From positions 15,502,001 through 15,566,000 of the forward strand of contig NC_058368.1 of the NCBI RefSeq assembly GCF_018350175.1: a stretch of DNA of 64,000 nucleotides, given 5' to 3'. Positions 1 to 11,870 of the stretch are shown in pieces. The first letter of the stretch is position 1; each line of letters starts with the position of its first letter. A program made the translations under genes and the position numbers. This stretch comes from Felis catus (Eukaryota). Under the pieces are notes generated by a model. The model had not been told where the DNA came from and did not search any database. It saw nothing but the letters and a program-made list of their open reading frames with translations.

Positions 1-349
1 TTCAGACCAGTGGGTGATGGCAGGAGTGAAGTTAGGAATAAGGCTGGCTGGCAAGTCACCATTCCTAGTGTTTAGGCAGCATCTCCCACCACCATGAATC
101 CAGTTTCTCCGGCATATTAAACTTCCTCTAACGCTTCACCTCCAGTAACCATGGATTAGTGGGCATAATGAGCTGATAGTAGCAGCAAATATGTGAGGTT
201 TTTCCAATGCCATTTGAAAGATTCCTTTGAAGAATCAGGCTTCTATCATTGTATATTTTTAAAAGCTCCTAACATTTTAGCTGACTTACAAATATCATAC
301 CAAGCCTATTTTCATTAATAGCTTTGGGGACAAGTCATTTTTCCCTGCA

Positions 350-785
350 ACTTGTATGTTGAGAAATTCCAAATCTACTGAAAAGTTGCAAGGATAATAA
401 CCATGCACACCTATAGTTGTTTAACTATAGACTTTAACTAGACTAAACCAATTGTGAACATTTTGACATATATGCTTTATCGTATTTCTTTCTGTATGTG
501 TGCATAAATGTGTGTGCTTGTTTTTTGGGTTGTTTTTGTTTTTGTTTTTGGCTAAAACATTTGAGTGTTATTTGCTGATATTAGGACACTTTTTGGCTAC
601 AAACTTCAACATGCATTTCCTAATAACAGAACATTCTCCTATATCACTTAGGAAATTTAATATTTATATAATACAATTATCTAGTGTGCTATCTATGTTT
701 AAATTTCCCTGGTTGCCCTCATAATGTCCTTTATAAGAAAGCCATTTTTTCTTCTAATTGGCCAAAGGATCTTGCATTGCATCCG
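350..785 (-). mobile_element. Old L1 3'-end fragment (L1MC4/L1MC5-like)
   Basis: Motifs such as aaaagttgcaag, tgcatttcctaataacagaacattctcctat and ttgcattgcat resemble the antisense L1MC 3' end; recognised by eye. Confidence 0.55.
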
Positions 786-2988
786 GGAATGGATCTTGAA
801 ATCTGCTCCCTATTTCTTTTTCTGAATATTCATCTGACTCCTAAATAATGTAATATGGCCAAAACTGGCTGTATCCAAAACAGCCTGCCTAAGCTGCCAA
901 TTACTAATCATTCTTCCTAAATACCCATTTTACTGTGGAAAGCATCATCATTGACTGTCAGCCGTAGAGGACCAGGAAAAATGGAGAACTTATTTAGCAA
1001 AATTCATATGTATATATTATGCTAAATACTGGGCTAATATCCAGAAGGGATGGGCAATTTACATACTATGTAATCAACTAAGGTTCTATTTGTAGTTATA
1101 TTATGAGGGACAATGGCTCATTAATTCAAGTAAATGCTGTGCCTTGATTAAAAATGTCATCACGTAGAAACTCTGTGAGCTTGAGACTTAAAATGTAAGA
1201 CCTAAAACATTTATATACATTTGTAATATTCAAATCTATTTTTAAGGAGTAGACTATAAAGCATCTTAGTTTAAACAAATACATAACTGTATTTGTAGTT
1301 GTCATGAATAGTGGCTTGCTTAATTATTTGATAATACTCAAGTTCTTTTCAGACAACCTGTGTCATCACTTTTTGTTTTTTAATTGTACCTATACATGTG
1401 ATTTTATGGATAGAGGATAGCTATTAGTCTTTGGAATACTCTTATTTGCAAAACCAGAGAACTGGATATATTATATAATTTATATTCCTCTCTTCCCTCT
1501 GCTTCAATTATCAAGATATTTTAAGTAGAGGTGAAGTTTGGGGGTTAATTTATGGAGTGAATGAAATATTTACTACATATCCATTGTTATAAATTGAAAG
1601 TTTATGAGATGATGAAAATTTACAAGAAAATACATATAAAACAATAGGCATTTACAGAAAGAGGCAAACCTAAAGGTCCTCTTTAAACACATTAGCTTGG
1701 ATGCCTATGGGAGATGGAAGGAAATGGAATGAGGAATCAAGATAAAGAGGAATCAATGAAGACAATAAGCTACAAACTGAGGAATCTACCTACTTAAAGA
1801 ATTAGGCAGCAGTAGACCCAAACAAAAGTACTGGTTGGGAGGAATACAGTATCACATTTTCCCCAATTACAGTGAGTGGTCCATGGCTGCCCACTTGTGA
1901 GGAATCTGCTTAGACTTAGAGGGGACTTCATTAAATGGCTGTTGAAAAACAAACGTCCAGGTTTTTCCCTATTCCCTTACAGCAGTTTTATAGGAACCCA
2001 CAGTTCCCTGGAGCCTGAGAGAGGAGATTAGGGATACGTAGTGGTCTACATGTAAAGATTTAAAGAAAATTGTAACAATCACAAAGTTAGGTTTACAAGG
2101 ACAAATTTTCCCAGTGTCATACTCTATCAGGGGACTGTTATGAGAAATTCCTGATTAAACAAAAAATATATTAGAGCTAAGTTATTTTAGAGGCAGAATG
2201 ACAGACCATGGAAGAGGAGAAAACACCATTCCATTCTGCTACCAGAGCATGATTTAATGAAAATTTTTTTATATGTGTCCAATCTTATTAAAAATAAGTA
2301 AGGTTTTTAAGTATACTAATGGTATGATTTAACCAATTTTAGCTGCTCCAGTTCTAGTATATGTGCTGCGGGAGAGTACACTAGCTGTTTTTCTTAATAC
2401 ACTTCTAAAATACTGGAAAAGATCAGATCCTAGTGGAGGGCGAGAACTGACCTGAAAGCCCTTACTAAAAATACTATAACATCTTGAAAGGCCAGTCTTG
2501 CTTCCTGCCTTCTTTCTTCCCACTGACTCATTTGGACATTGCCTATGATCCTCAAGTCATCATTTCTCTGGCTGTTCGCTTTTCCTTTAAATCAAGTGTT
2601 TAAGCACAGTGACCTTTCCTCCCTCTCCGTAGAAGATTTTCATTGTTCTGCTGCTTCTTACTCAGCTCGTGCTTCCTTCAGCCTTCAGGGTGCTACTTTT
2701 CTCATTCTGATTTGGATTAATTGTGTTAGCCTAGATGGGTCCAATATCCCCAGAGGGTAGGACCCGAGCCCTTCCTGGTCTTTTCTACACATCATAAAAG
2801 AATCATGACAATGCTATGCCTAGACCTGTCTTTGTATTTGACCTGTTTTTTAACCAGAAAATTATGCATTTAAACTATCTTATTCTAAAAGAGTGACATT
2901 CTTTTATTCTTACGAAGCAGTGTTTTGGTCGTGAAATCTTCACATGGAATATAAATACAACAAAAATTCATTAAGAATAATACTTTGA

Positions 2989-3195
2989 GGGGCGCCTGTG
3001 TGGCTCCGACTTCGGTTCAGGTCATGATCTCACGTTCGTGAGATGGAGCCCCGTGTCGGGCTCTGTGCTGACAGCTCAAAGCCTGGAGCCTGCTTCGGAT
3101 TCTGTGTCTCCCTCTCTCTCTGCCCCTCCCCTAATCACATTCTGTCTCTCTCTCTCTTTCAAAAATAAATAAAGATTTAAAAAAATTTAAAAAAG
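2989..3195 (+). mobile_element. Can-SINE (SINEC_Fc type) with internal deletion in the A-box region
   Basis: ggggcgcctg head, (CT)n segment, A-rich tail; flanked by tactttga on both sides. Confidence 0.95.
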
Positions 3196-4146
3196 ACTAC
3201 TTTGATTTCTCCAGAAAAACAGTGTTATATAAATGCAAGGGAGGTCATACTATAATTACATTTGAGGTTGTACAAGATGGATGGTCAGTCGTGTATATTC
3301 CCTTTTGAAATACTTGCTTGTATACATGTTTTTTTTAACTTCAATCTACACCACTTTGTATATCAAGAAAGGTATATTCTGAATATTTTGTGAATTATAA
3401 TTTATGTAGATAACGATTTTTTAAAGAATTAGTACAAACAGTTCATCTAGCATAAAAGCATTCTGAGTATATTTATTTTGTTAGGGAAATATTTTACTGG
3501 GCCTGAGAGTAATCCAGATTACCCTTACCACCAAGTCCTCACCAAGATAGAATTAGGAGACTGGTCTGGATCTAAAACAACTTAAAGACCTACCATAGAA
3601 ATTGATTTTTTTAATGTTAAAAAAATTTTTTTTAGCTGATACTAAATTATTACTTTGTAATTTTAAAAATTTTCACCAAAGTACTATGAAAAAGCTCTGA
3701 CTATATTCTGATCATTCATTTGAACAGTAGATAAAGAGAACTGTTAATTTTAATTTTTTGTCTAACATTATCAGTCCAGATCCATGAATTCCAGTGTATT
3801 ATTCAGAATCTTCATATTCTATATTTCTTCTCACAAGATGGTCTTCAAATTCAATATTTGATAATACATAGACTCAGTTTATTTCATCACTTGGTTTTAT
3901 TTTTTATTGGGCTATGACAGGGAATCATAAACAGAATTCACATATAATTCTACCCTGCTAAGTATTATACTGACAAGAGCAGTTCTCAGACAAATATATG
4001 GATGGCTGCATCATCTTTGAATAATTATAGCACATAAGACAATAAACTTTATTTTCATTATTCCAAGACCAGGGGTAAGTATTTGCAACTGCAAGTGACA
4101 ACTGACATTTAGAGAAGTGTGGGTGGGGCATATGTATGTCAGCACC

Positions 4147-4186
4147 AACCTTCTCTCATCTAGCATAACCTTCTCTCATCTAGCAT
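4147..4186. repeat. Perfect 20-bp tandem duplication (aaccttctctcatctagcat)x2
   Basis: Directly visible, 20/20 identity. Confidence 0.95.
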
Positions 4187-6469
4187 GACCTAAAAGGCCA
4201 TCAGCCAAAGAGAAAGCGTTCAGAGAGAAGATAATAGTGCAAATAGTAAAGGAATGGCTCGAGATCTCATAGAAAGCATATTGTTTTTTAAGTAGAACTA
4301 AAACCAGCTTTGCTTACGTGTGATAAGGTCCCTACCAGATTTTGGAAATGATAGTTTCTATCATTATATCATTATGTTAATCAAATTCGACATTTGTAGA
4401 CGGAAATAAGGATTTTATCATATCATGTTAATAACTTATCAACTCTATCAAATCATTACTGGTGGTTTGAGAGGACAGCCTTTTGGAGAATGACATAGCA
4501 GGACTTGCTAATGATGAAAAGCTGATTCCGACATCCTAACAGCCAGGGTACTCTTATGTCTGCAAGGCAACAAAGCAGCTTATCCCAGTTTCCCACAATA
4601 AAAACCTTTCAAATAGTTGTTCTTCACATAGAAATGTATTGAATAAAGGTCAGAAACAAAGCAATTGCCGTGCCAGATTTGAGGCTGACTGTGGGCTGAG
4701 TTGTGGACACCATTACATTGTAGAAGTCAAGGCATGGCGTTGTCTCCACCCATATGCAGGCCACCAGAGGTCTTGCAGTGCTTGTGTGTGCAGACTCAGA
4801 GGTGGGGGCCTGTCGGCTCTTTTTCCTTTTAGCAGGCATGAAGTACGCGTCAGAGGGTATGCTTTTGTTCTTCTGAAACTTTACAGTTCTCCTAATGACC
4901 CCATGGGAAGGAAAGCTTCCATTCTTCCAGAGGACTCACAGAGGCATGGTGCTGAGTATCCTGGAACCAGAGACCCCCCAGTCTGCCCTGTCTCTACTGT
5001 CTCTCCATCTCCCTGCCCCACTGGGCTCATGGTGACATTACACATCCGCTCTTCCTCACTTAAGTAGGTGACTGCCTTTTGTAGATTCCTCCCCGGCACA
5101 GGTTTTTATTCCAAGAGACAAAGGGAAAGCTGGCTGACCATGAACCAAAATATTTACACAAATCTTCATTTGTAATGTTTTGATCTAGCTGTCTCATTTC
5201 CCTTTCTCAAATATCACTTTTTGAGGATGGCTCAGAAAAAAAAAAAAAGAACATCATAATGCCCACGTGGCTTTAGGTGCCACCCGAAATGAGAGGACAT
5301 CGATGCTGCCCTGAGACAGGTCAAGGCTATGCATTTAAGATGAAGTCTCTCTCTTCTTTTCTTTAAACCTAATCCGTTTGGGAGAAATGGCCCAAGGTGC
5401 ATCATCCTGAAACGTTTGTTTGATTTCATTTTCACAGTGCTACCTTTGGCCTCATTCACACAGTCACAAGGCCTGAACATGTACAACCTGCTTCATCCTG
5501 AACATTTATACACAGATTGTCAAAACATTCACCAGAGAGAAGGAAGATTCACCAAATTTTTAAAACTTGAATAAGAAAATGAGAATCAGTGCCATCAAAA
5601 CTAAAACAGTCTCTAACAGTGCAAATATTCGGTGGTTTCAGAGTAGGACAGTGAAACAAAATTTGCATATCTGTCATTTAAAATTAAAAAGTATTCTGGA
5701 AATGATATTAAGTCTGAAATACTGGGAGGAAAATATTTAAAGGAGAAGGTATTTAATTGTGAAGTGTCGGACAATAACACAAACTTTTCATTTGTTCATT
5801 TCTACCATTCTTCCAAGACCTCTTAGAAGATCAGATGCTCTCCCCAAAACTTCTTAGCCTCCTTTCCTGTAAACCCATTTCACAGACAGTTGAGGCCCAC
5901 AAGGGCCCTTTTGTCTGGAAGTGAAGATCTTCTTGATGTGAAAAGTTTCCTTGGAATATTTACAACTTAAAGAGATGCCTTTGTTTTAAAAAAGTGGTCT
6001 GGCAGCCAGCTGTGAGCTTCTCCACTGAACTGCTGACACCCTAGTGACACTGTCTGTGCCTCCAGCTCACCCCCAGAAAATGACAGTGTTGGGTAGCAAA
6101 GGTGGCTTTAGAAAAATCATCCAATTCCAGCTGAATCTATGACCAGCATGTGTCAGAACTGTAGGACCAGCCGAGACTTTGAAAGCTCTTCTAGCCTTTC
6201 TAAGCATTCAGAAGGAACTATATGTCTACTGGGACTTTACGTGGGATGGCCTTTTATAATTTTCTAAGTATGTTTATGGAAATGTTATCACATCCTAGCT
6301 CAGGACCTCTTGGTGAGGTAGGAAAGGTGAGTTTTATTGCACCAACAGGAAAACTGAAATGCCAAGAGTGAACAGTGAGCTTGCCCAGAGTAAGTGGCAG
6401 GTAGGAGCTAATGATGCAACTCTTCATCATTTTTCTCTTCCCATCACAGTTGAGAAAACTAAGAACACA

Positions 6470-6610
6470 GTTCAGGCATGGGGTCTAGTCCCTAGTCTGT
6501 CACTGTCTAGCTGTGTATCCTGAGTAAATCATGTCTTTGTGGCTCAGTTTCCTCATCTACAAAATGAGAATAATAATTGCTGCTCTACCGAGTAGCTGTG
6601 AGGAACACAT
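6470..6610 (+). mobile_element. MIR fragment
   Basis: Core motif ctcagtttcctcatctacaaaatgagaataataat. Confidence 0.75.
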
Positions 6611-7809
6611 AAACTGCTTAGTCCCCTCGTCACCCATGCTAGGAAAATAGGAGGTAAAATCCTTACTACTCAAATGTCAGGAAAATTGAGACCAGATGGT
6701 ATAAGGAGTGAGGATGGGCAGAAACCCCACGTCCTAGCTTATCTTTTAATGAGAGTTTTCTTTTGTCAGATCAGTTAGCTTCTTTCTCTCAGTTTCCTTA
6801 GCTAGATTTAGGAGGTCTTTCCAGAATACTAAGAATATTTCTTCTTATTCATTCAGCCCATAAGGTTTCCATCCTAGTTTTCTTTCCTAATGATCTTACT
6901 GCCTCTGAGACTATTTTCCCTAAAGATGAATGGCTAGGACATTTACATAAAAAGGCAAGGGACTGCCAAATCAGTGTGACACATTTTAGTCCCCCTGTGA
7001 CTCTCTCTCTCTTTTTTTAAGGATCATTAGGAGCCTGTAGCAACTTAATGGAATTAAAATCACCAAGCAAAGTATAATGAGGAGTAGGAGTCAAATTACT
7101 TTAGGAACTACTAAGACACTGCATGTGGCCTACTCAGAGGAACTCACTAAGATCATTAGCCTGCATGACACCCAGCAGGGACAATCTTCTCATAAGTGTC
7201 CCCTGCTTCCCAGGGATCATTAATGCTACTCAGCTCTGGCCACAGTGGCCAATGTCAGACCCTCAAAGAATCAGCCACTTAATTAGATCTGGAGTACAGA
7301 AGGGAAAAGCAACTTTTCAAGATAAAATGCAGGGCAGAGTTTAGGAAGAGGGAAAGCCAGGGGCAGAGTGGATTTTTCACATTAGCATTTCATTCTATCT
7401 GACAGGAGGAGGTTTAGAAATTTACAACAAAGGGATCTAATGCCACAGAGAGCTAGGAAGAGCCTCTTTTCTCGACTTGAAGAGTCTTCTGCCCAGAGGG
7501 ATCGATGCATTCCGCGCCTCCACGTGGACTTAGTGGGCTGGAGGCCGAGGCAGAAACCGACTGTGACTTTGCCAGTCATGGAGGAGAGGGTGTCTGAGAC
7601 ATGCTACACCCACACTCGGAGCCTGGGGAATCATGCTGTCTCCTGCTGGCTACCTGCCTGTCAGTCTGCTTTGCCTGTGTGTTCCTCACAAGGACCACGT
7701 TAGGAGCGAGAACATGGTCAAGGGCATACTCTGCCTCCCGGCTGCCAGAAAATCATGCCTTCTCCACACCCAATAAACACACATACACACACTATCAACT
7801 CATTTTGGC

Positions 7810-8000
7810 CCAACCTCTACAATTCACAAAGTGCTTCCATGGCTGTTTTCTTGATAACACAGGTGGGACAGGTGCTATACATTTTACAGATGGGAAAGTG
7901 AAGCTCAGAAAATGTAGGCAATTTGCCCAACTTCCCAAAGGTAAAAGGGAATTCGGACCTCAAACCTAAGTCTCTTGACAGCAAATCTTGTACTTTCCAT
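7810..8000 (-). mobile_element. MIR fragment
   Basis: Antisense core cattttacagatgggaaagtgaagctcaga...atttgcccaa. Confidence 0.75.
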
Positions 8001-8590
8001 CACTCAGAGGGAATCCAACCTTTTTTCTTCTAAATTAATCTGAAGTTTTTATTCAGTGCTAAAGTATGCACTAGAATGTACACAGGTAGATAGAAAAGAA
8101 ATATGAAGAAATGGCCCCTCATTTCAAGGAGATGAATTTTTATAAACAAATCAGAAAATTATAAATGTTCAACAAAAAAGCAAACTTACCTGCATGGCGT
8201 GATTCTTCAAAGTATAGTAGAGATAAATCCTGGCTGGGAAGGTGCTAGTGGGCTAGAGGTGTGCAGAGTTAATTTTCTGGAGAAGAGAGGTTTGGCACTG
8301 ACTTTCTGGGTCCTATTCTCAGATCATCCACTTGGAGCATCTGTTGAAATCACAGCAGATGGAACACATCAGAAATGTATTTTCCTTTTTACTTATTTTA
8401 GTTCCTTGGAGAATCCTGGTACCTGGGGTACTGCAGCGGTAAAATGAAATAAAAGTTTATTTTTATATCATCATTTGTAATATCATAAGCATTACCTGTT
8501 CCTGGAGAAGTAATTTCATTCCCTTCCCTTCCTGAAGTGAAAACTGGAAATAAGACTGAAGTGTGATATTTTGTGAATAACGCATTCAGT

Positions 8591-8622
8591 TGTTCTTTTT
8601 TGTTGTCTGTTTGTTTTTGCAG
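8591..8622 (+). promoter_or_regulatory. SERTM1: 3' splice acceptor of the SERTM1 coding exon
   Basis: U-rich tract tgttcttttttgttgtctgtttgtttttgcAG ending 193 nt before the ATG; no CpG-island promoter is seen in the window, consistent with a non-coding first exon further upstream. Confidence 0.75.
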
Positions 8623-8815
8623 GGCCAATGGACACCTGATCCCCTGCTGCCTTTGTTTGAAATCCAAGAAGTTTCCTTGTGCTGATTTAACTGCCTGCAG
8701 TCTTTCCTATCATAAAAAACAAAACAAAACAAAACAATGCTGATTCTGTCCATTTTAACCCCTGTGTGAAACTGACTTTTAACATACTTGTGCGTTCTTT
8801 GACCCTCCATGAAAG

Positions 8816-9139
8816 ATGTCTGAACCTGGCTCTTCATCTCTATTTTCGGGTAACGTGGAGAATGGAACTTTCCTTGAGCTCTTTCCTACATCCCTGTCCA
8901 CATCGGTAGACCCTTCCTCAGGCCACCTGTCAAATGTCTACATCTATGTGTCCATATTCCTTAGCCTTTTAGCGTTTCTGCTTCTGCTTTTAATCATTGC
9001 CCTCCAGAGGCTCAAAAATATCATCTCTTCCAGTTCCTCCTACCCAGAGTACCCAAGTGATGCTGGTAGTTCTTTCACCAATTTGGAAGTCTGTAGTATT
9101 TCCTCTCAAAGGTCCACTTTCTCAAACCTTTCCTCATGA
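8816..9139 (+). CDS. SERTM1: Serine-rich and transmembrane domain-containing protein 1 (107 aa)
   Basis: Translation MSEP...VENGTFLELFPTSLSTSVDPSSGHLSNVYIYVSIFLSLLAFLLLLLIIALQRLK...STFSNLSS matches recalled human SERTM1 (C13orf36) in length and almost all residues; one hydrophobic segment at aa 41-63. Confidence 0.96.
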   Translation: MSEPGSSSLFSGNVENGTFLELFPTSLSTSVDPSSGHLSNVYIYVSIFLSLLAFLLLLLIIALQRLKNIISSSSSYPEYPSDAGSSFTNLEVCSISSQRSTFSNLSS

Positions 9140-11014
9140 AGAAAACAGAAGAATTCTTGAATGCTGCAGCAGCCTCGGTTTTCCCTTGCGGGAAGTGTCA
9201 CATGAAGTAGTTGCTTCATGAAAGAAATAACCCCCTTTCTTTTCCAACCAATGAGACCTGTGTCTCCTCCTTCACCCCTAATCTCTCCTTCCAGTCATGA
9301 TGCTTTCCATTCGTGAATGTAGGAGTTGATGCTGACTCAGAGAAATGTGTGCAAACCTTAAGGGGCAGAATTTCACACAAACCACCTGACCAATCCGGAG
9401 CGGACTTCTTGAGGGTGGATCAGTTCATTTCACTCTGCTGGACACCCGAGGCGGAAATCACGCGAGGCGGCCTCACAGTGGGTGCTGGATACAGACTCTT
9501 GCCCTTCATTTCCCTTACAAAACCGTGAAACCAACTGAGCTGGCAGGAACTGGCAAAATTAAGTCTGAGCTACTTAGAAGACATTTTCCATATTTAAAAG
9601 ATAAAGTGGAAACATCAAATTAAAAAAAAAAAAAAGAATCAATTTAGATTTAATGTATAACATTCCTATAACCGGAGGCAAAATATGCTAAATGTTTTCA
9701 CTTTAATAAATGAAAATCACATTTATTGATGAGTAAGTCACTATGGAAAAGTTTTGGAAGAGTAACTTTTAATAGCAAGACAAATATGTGTTATGATGCA
9801 GTCTGTAATGTATTTTTGCCTCTTGGTTTTTTTTTTTTCTACTTATGTTATAGTCATAATACTCCTACTGTTGTAGAATTCTTTGTGATAATTGCTGTTA
9901 CTAAGAGAAACACCCTAAGAGACACTAAGAAGTTTTTATTTTATAGCTATACTTTCTATTAGTGGAAATTAAGCATATGGAAAAATATTCATTTAGTTCT
10001 GTTTTCTGCAGTAATAACTCCTAGCAGTCATGTAAGCATGTTCCTTTATTCAGTTTCATAGTCTTTATAATTTTAGTGCAGAATTCTGTTAAGGCTCCCA
10101 GATGTCAGATGTTTGTTCACCCACATTAGATTGCAAAACTTAAAGGACTAAATTGCTATTTTACATATTATTATATACTTCATGAATGTGACATGTCTCT
10201 GGTAATTAGTTGTTCTATGTTAACATAACACTTTGAATTAGAACCCCGGGATGTGGGTTTTTATTAGAAATTATAGACATTCAAGTTGTGTAGCTGCTGA
10301 GAACTTAGTGATCCTGGGAGCCCCATACTATGTTCACCCAAACACTGAACTTGGGGGCTTTGTCCATGCAGTGAGGCATACCTGTGAGCACAGACTTAGA
10401 AGACGGAAGAAATCAAGCTCCCCCTAAAAACAAAGCAAATATAGTACAGCTTCTTTAGAGTGAGAACTTTAATTTAATTTTAAAAATAATAAATGGCCCA
10501 CAGCATAAACAATGAAGTTCATCAGCCTACGGAACCCACTGCATCAACATGCCCCATCTTCCCACGGCAAGTGGATCATTTCTTGTCCAAAACATTTTCT
10601 AACCTTCAGTAGTGGAGTTTCAGTACATCCTTTGGATTGATTGTGCAGGTGACACTGTCTAGTAACTCGAATGGGATAAAGAATCCACCATTTTTACAAG
10701 GTGTATTTTTGTCATTCCAAAATGCTGAGACAGATGAGGACTGGTAATGAGGATCTGAAGGTTGTTTGTTTGTTGTTTTTTTTCTTAAATCCATAAGCTT
10801 CACTTTAAATCAGACCACATTGAACTATTTATATGAAAAATGTTCCCAGACACCATAAGACCTGCACAGAGTTGCTGTCCTAAAATGCGTAATTAGTGAA
10901 AACGTGGTTTCTGCTGCCATTTCAAGCATGGCAATGTGTTGCAGTGTTATCATGTAGTGTAAATGCTGGACTAGAAGAACTCCATTACTTTAGATCATTA
11001 TCAGCTGTCTCTGA

Positions 11015-11015
<1 letters not shown>

Positions 11016-11058
<43 letters not shown>
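11016..11058. repeat. (TG)21 microsatellite in the putative 3' UTR
   Basis: Directly visible. Confidence 0.97.
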
Positions 11059-11061
<3 letters not shown>

Positions 11062-11221
11062 AATGTATATATATATATTTTCACACGCTCCCAATTAAAA
11101 ATTCTGTAAAAACTACAGGATAACAGAGGCGTCTGTGTTATCACCTTTGCTTTTTTGGTTAATTTTGTGCTATTTTGGTTATTGAGGAAGAAAGGATATG
11201 GATCAAGTGATTTAAAAAAAA

Positions 11222-11227
11222 AATAAA
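11222..11227 (+). terminator. SERTM1: Candidate distal polyadenylation signal
   Basis: AATAAA followed by CA dinucleotides about 14-20 nt later and then U-rich sequence; UGUA motifs upstream. Confidence 0.55.
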
Positions 11228-11714
11228 GTAACAAGTTTGCCACACAATAGGATAATCTGAGTACCATCTGTTCTAAGGGTAACTTTATATTCTTTCCTTC
11301 TGAAAGAGATACAAGGACTTCTGAAAGTAAAACTGCCTTTAAAAAAAATCTGCAGGTAGATCCCCCTCCCTGCTGCTGCAGTGGTTCTTGCTCTCCAGAT
11401 TAAGTAGAGTATTTAAAAGCAACATTCGCAAATGTGTATTAGGACTTGTCAAGCTTGCCAAGATAACGGATTGCACAATTTGAGATGAACTTGTCCAGGA
11501 AGTTCAGAAAGGTTGGAGGACTGGTTTATAAATAAAGAAGTAGAGCCCACTGAAAGCCTGGTTCTTCTCTTATTGTTTTCAGTGAGGTGGTCTTCCCTCT
11601 TAGGGAGGCTTTTCCATCACTCTGTCTGCACATCCTCTCTGAAGCAGGGTCCCTAATGAGTGAGTGACCCTGATCTCAGTTCCCCACCCTGCAAGAGTCC
11701 CCCACCCTTGGGGC

Positions 11715-11870
11715 AGTGAGTCGCACACTTCCCTGGTCAGAAGATTCACCTACACACTTGGAAAATACCCTGGTTTCCAGGCCATAGCCCAGACCTCAGG
11801 AGCGGAGCCAGAAAACTGGTATTTGTAACAAGGGCCCTGGGTGATGCTTGTGATCAGTGGGACACATGGT
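11715..11870. mobile_element. Degenerate MER5-family (hAT-Charlie) element
   Basis: ccaggccatagcccagacct...gtatttgtaacaagggccctgggtgatgctt resembles the MER5 interior. Confidence 0.4.

Larger units (their letters stand above)
9140..11245 (+). other. SERTM1: Probable SERTM1 3' UTR
   Basis: AU-rich sequence with no recognisable interspersed repeats after the stop codon; AATAAA at 9705, 10488 and 11222; the end point is inferred. Confidence 0.6.

Noticed and set aside
4639..5067. 142-aa ORF in the inferred intron
   Set aside because: Non-ATG start, no recognisable domain or splice structure; consistent with a chance frame in a GC-richer patch
8997..9221. Alternate-frame ORF overlapping SERTM1
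   Set aside because: TTG start and no supporting features; a by-product of the coding sequence
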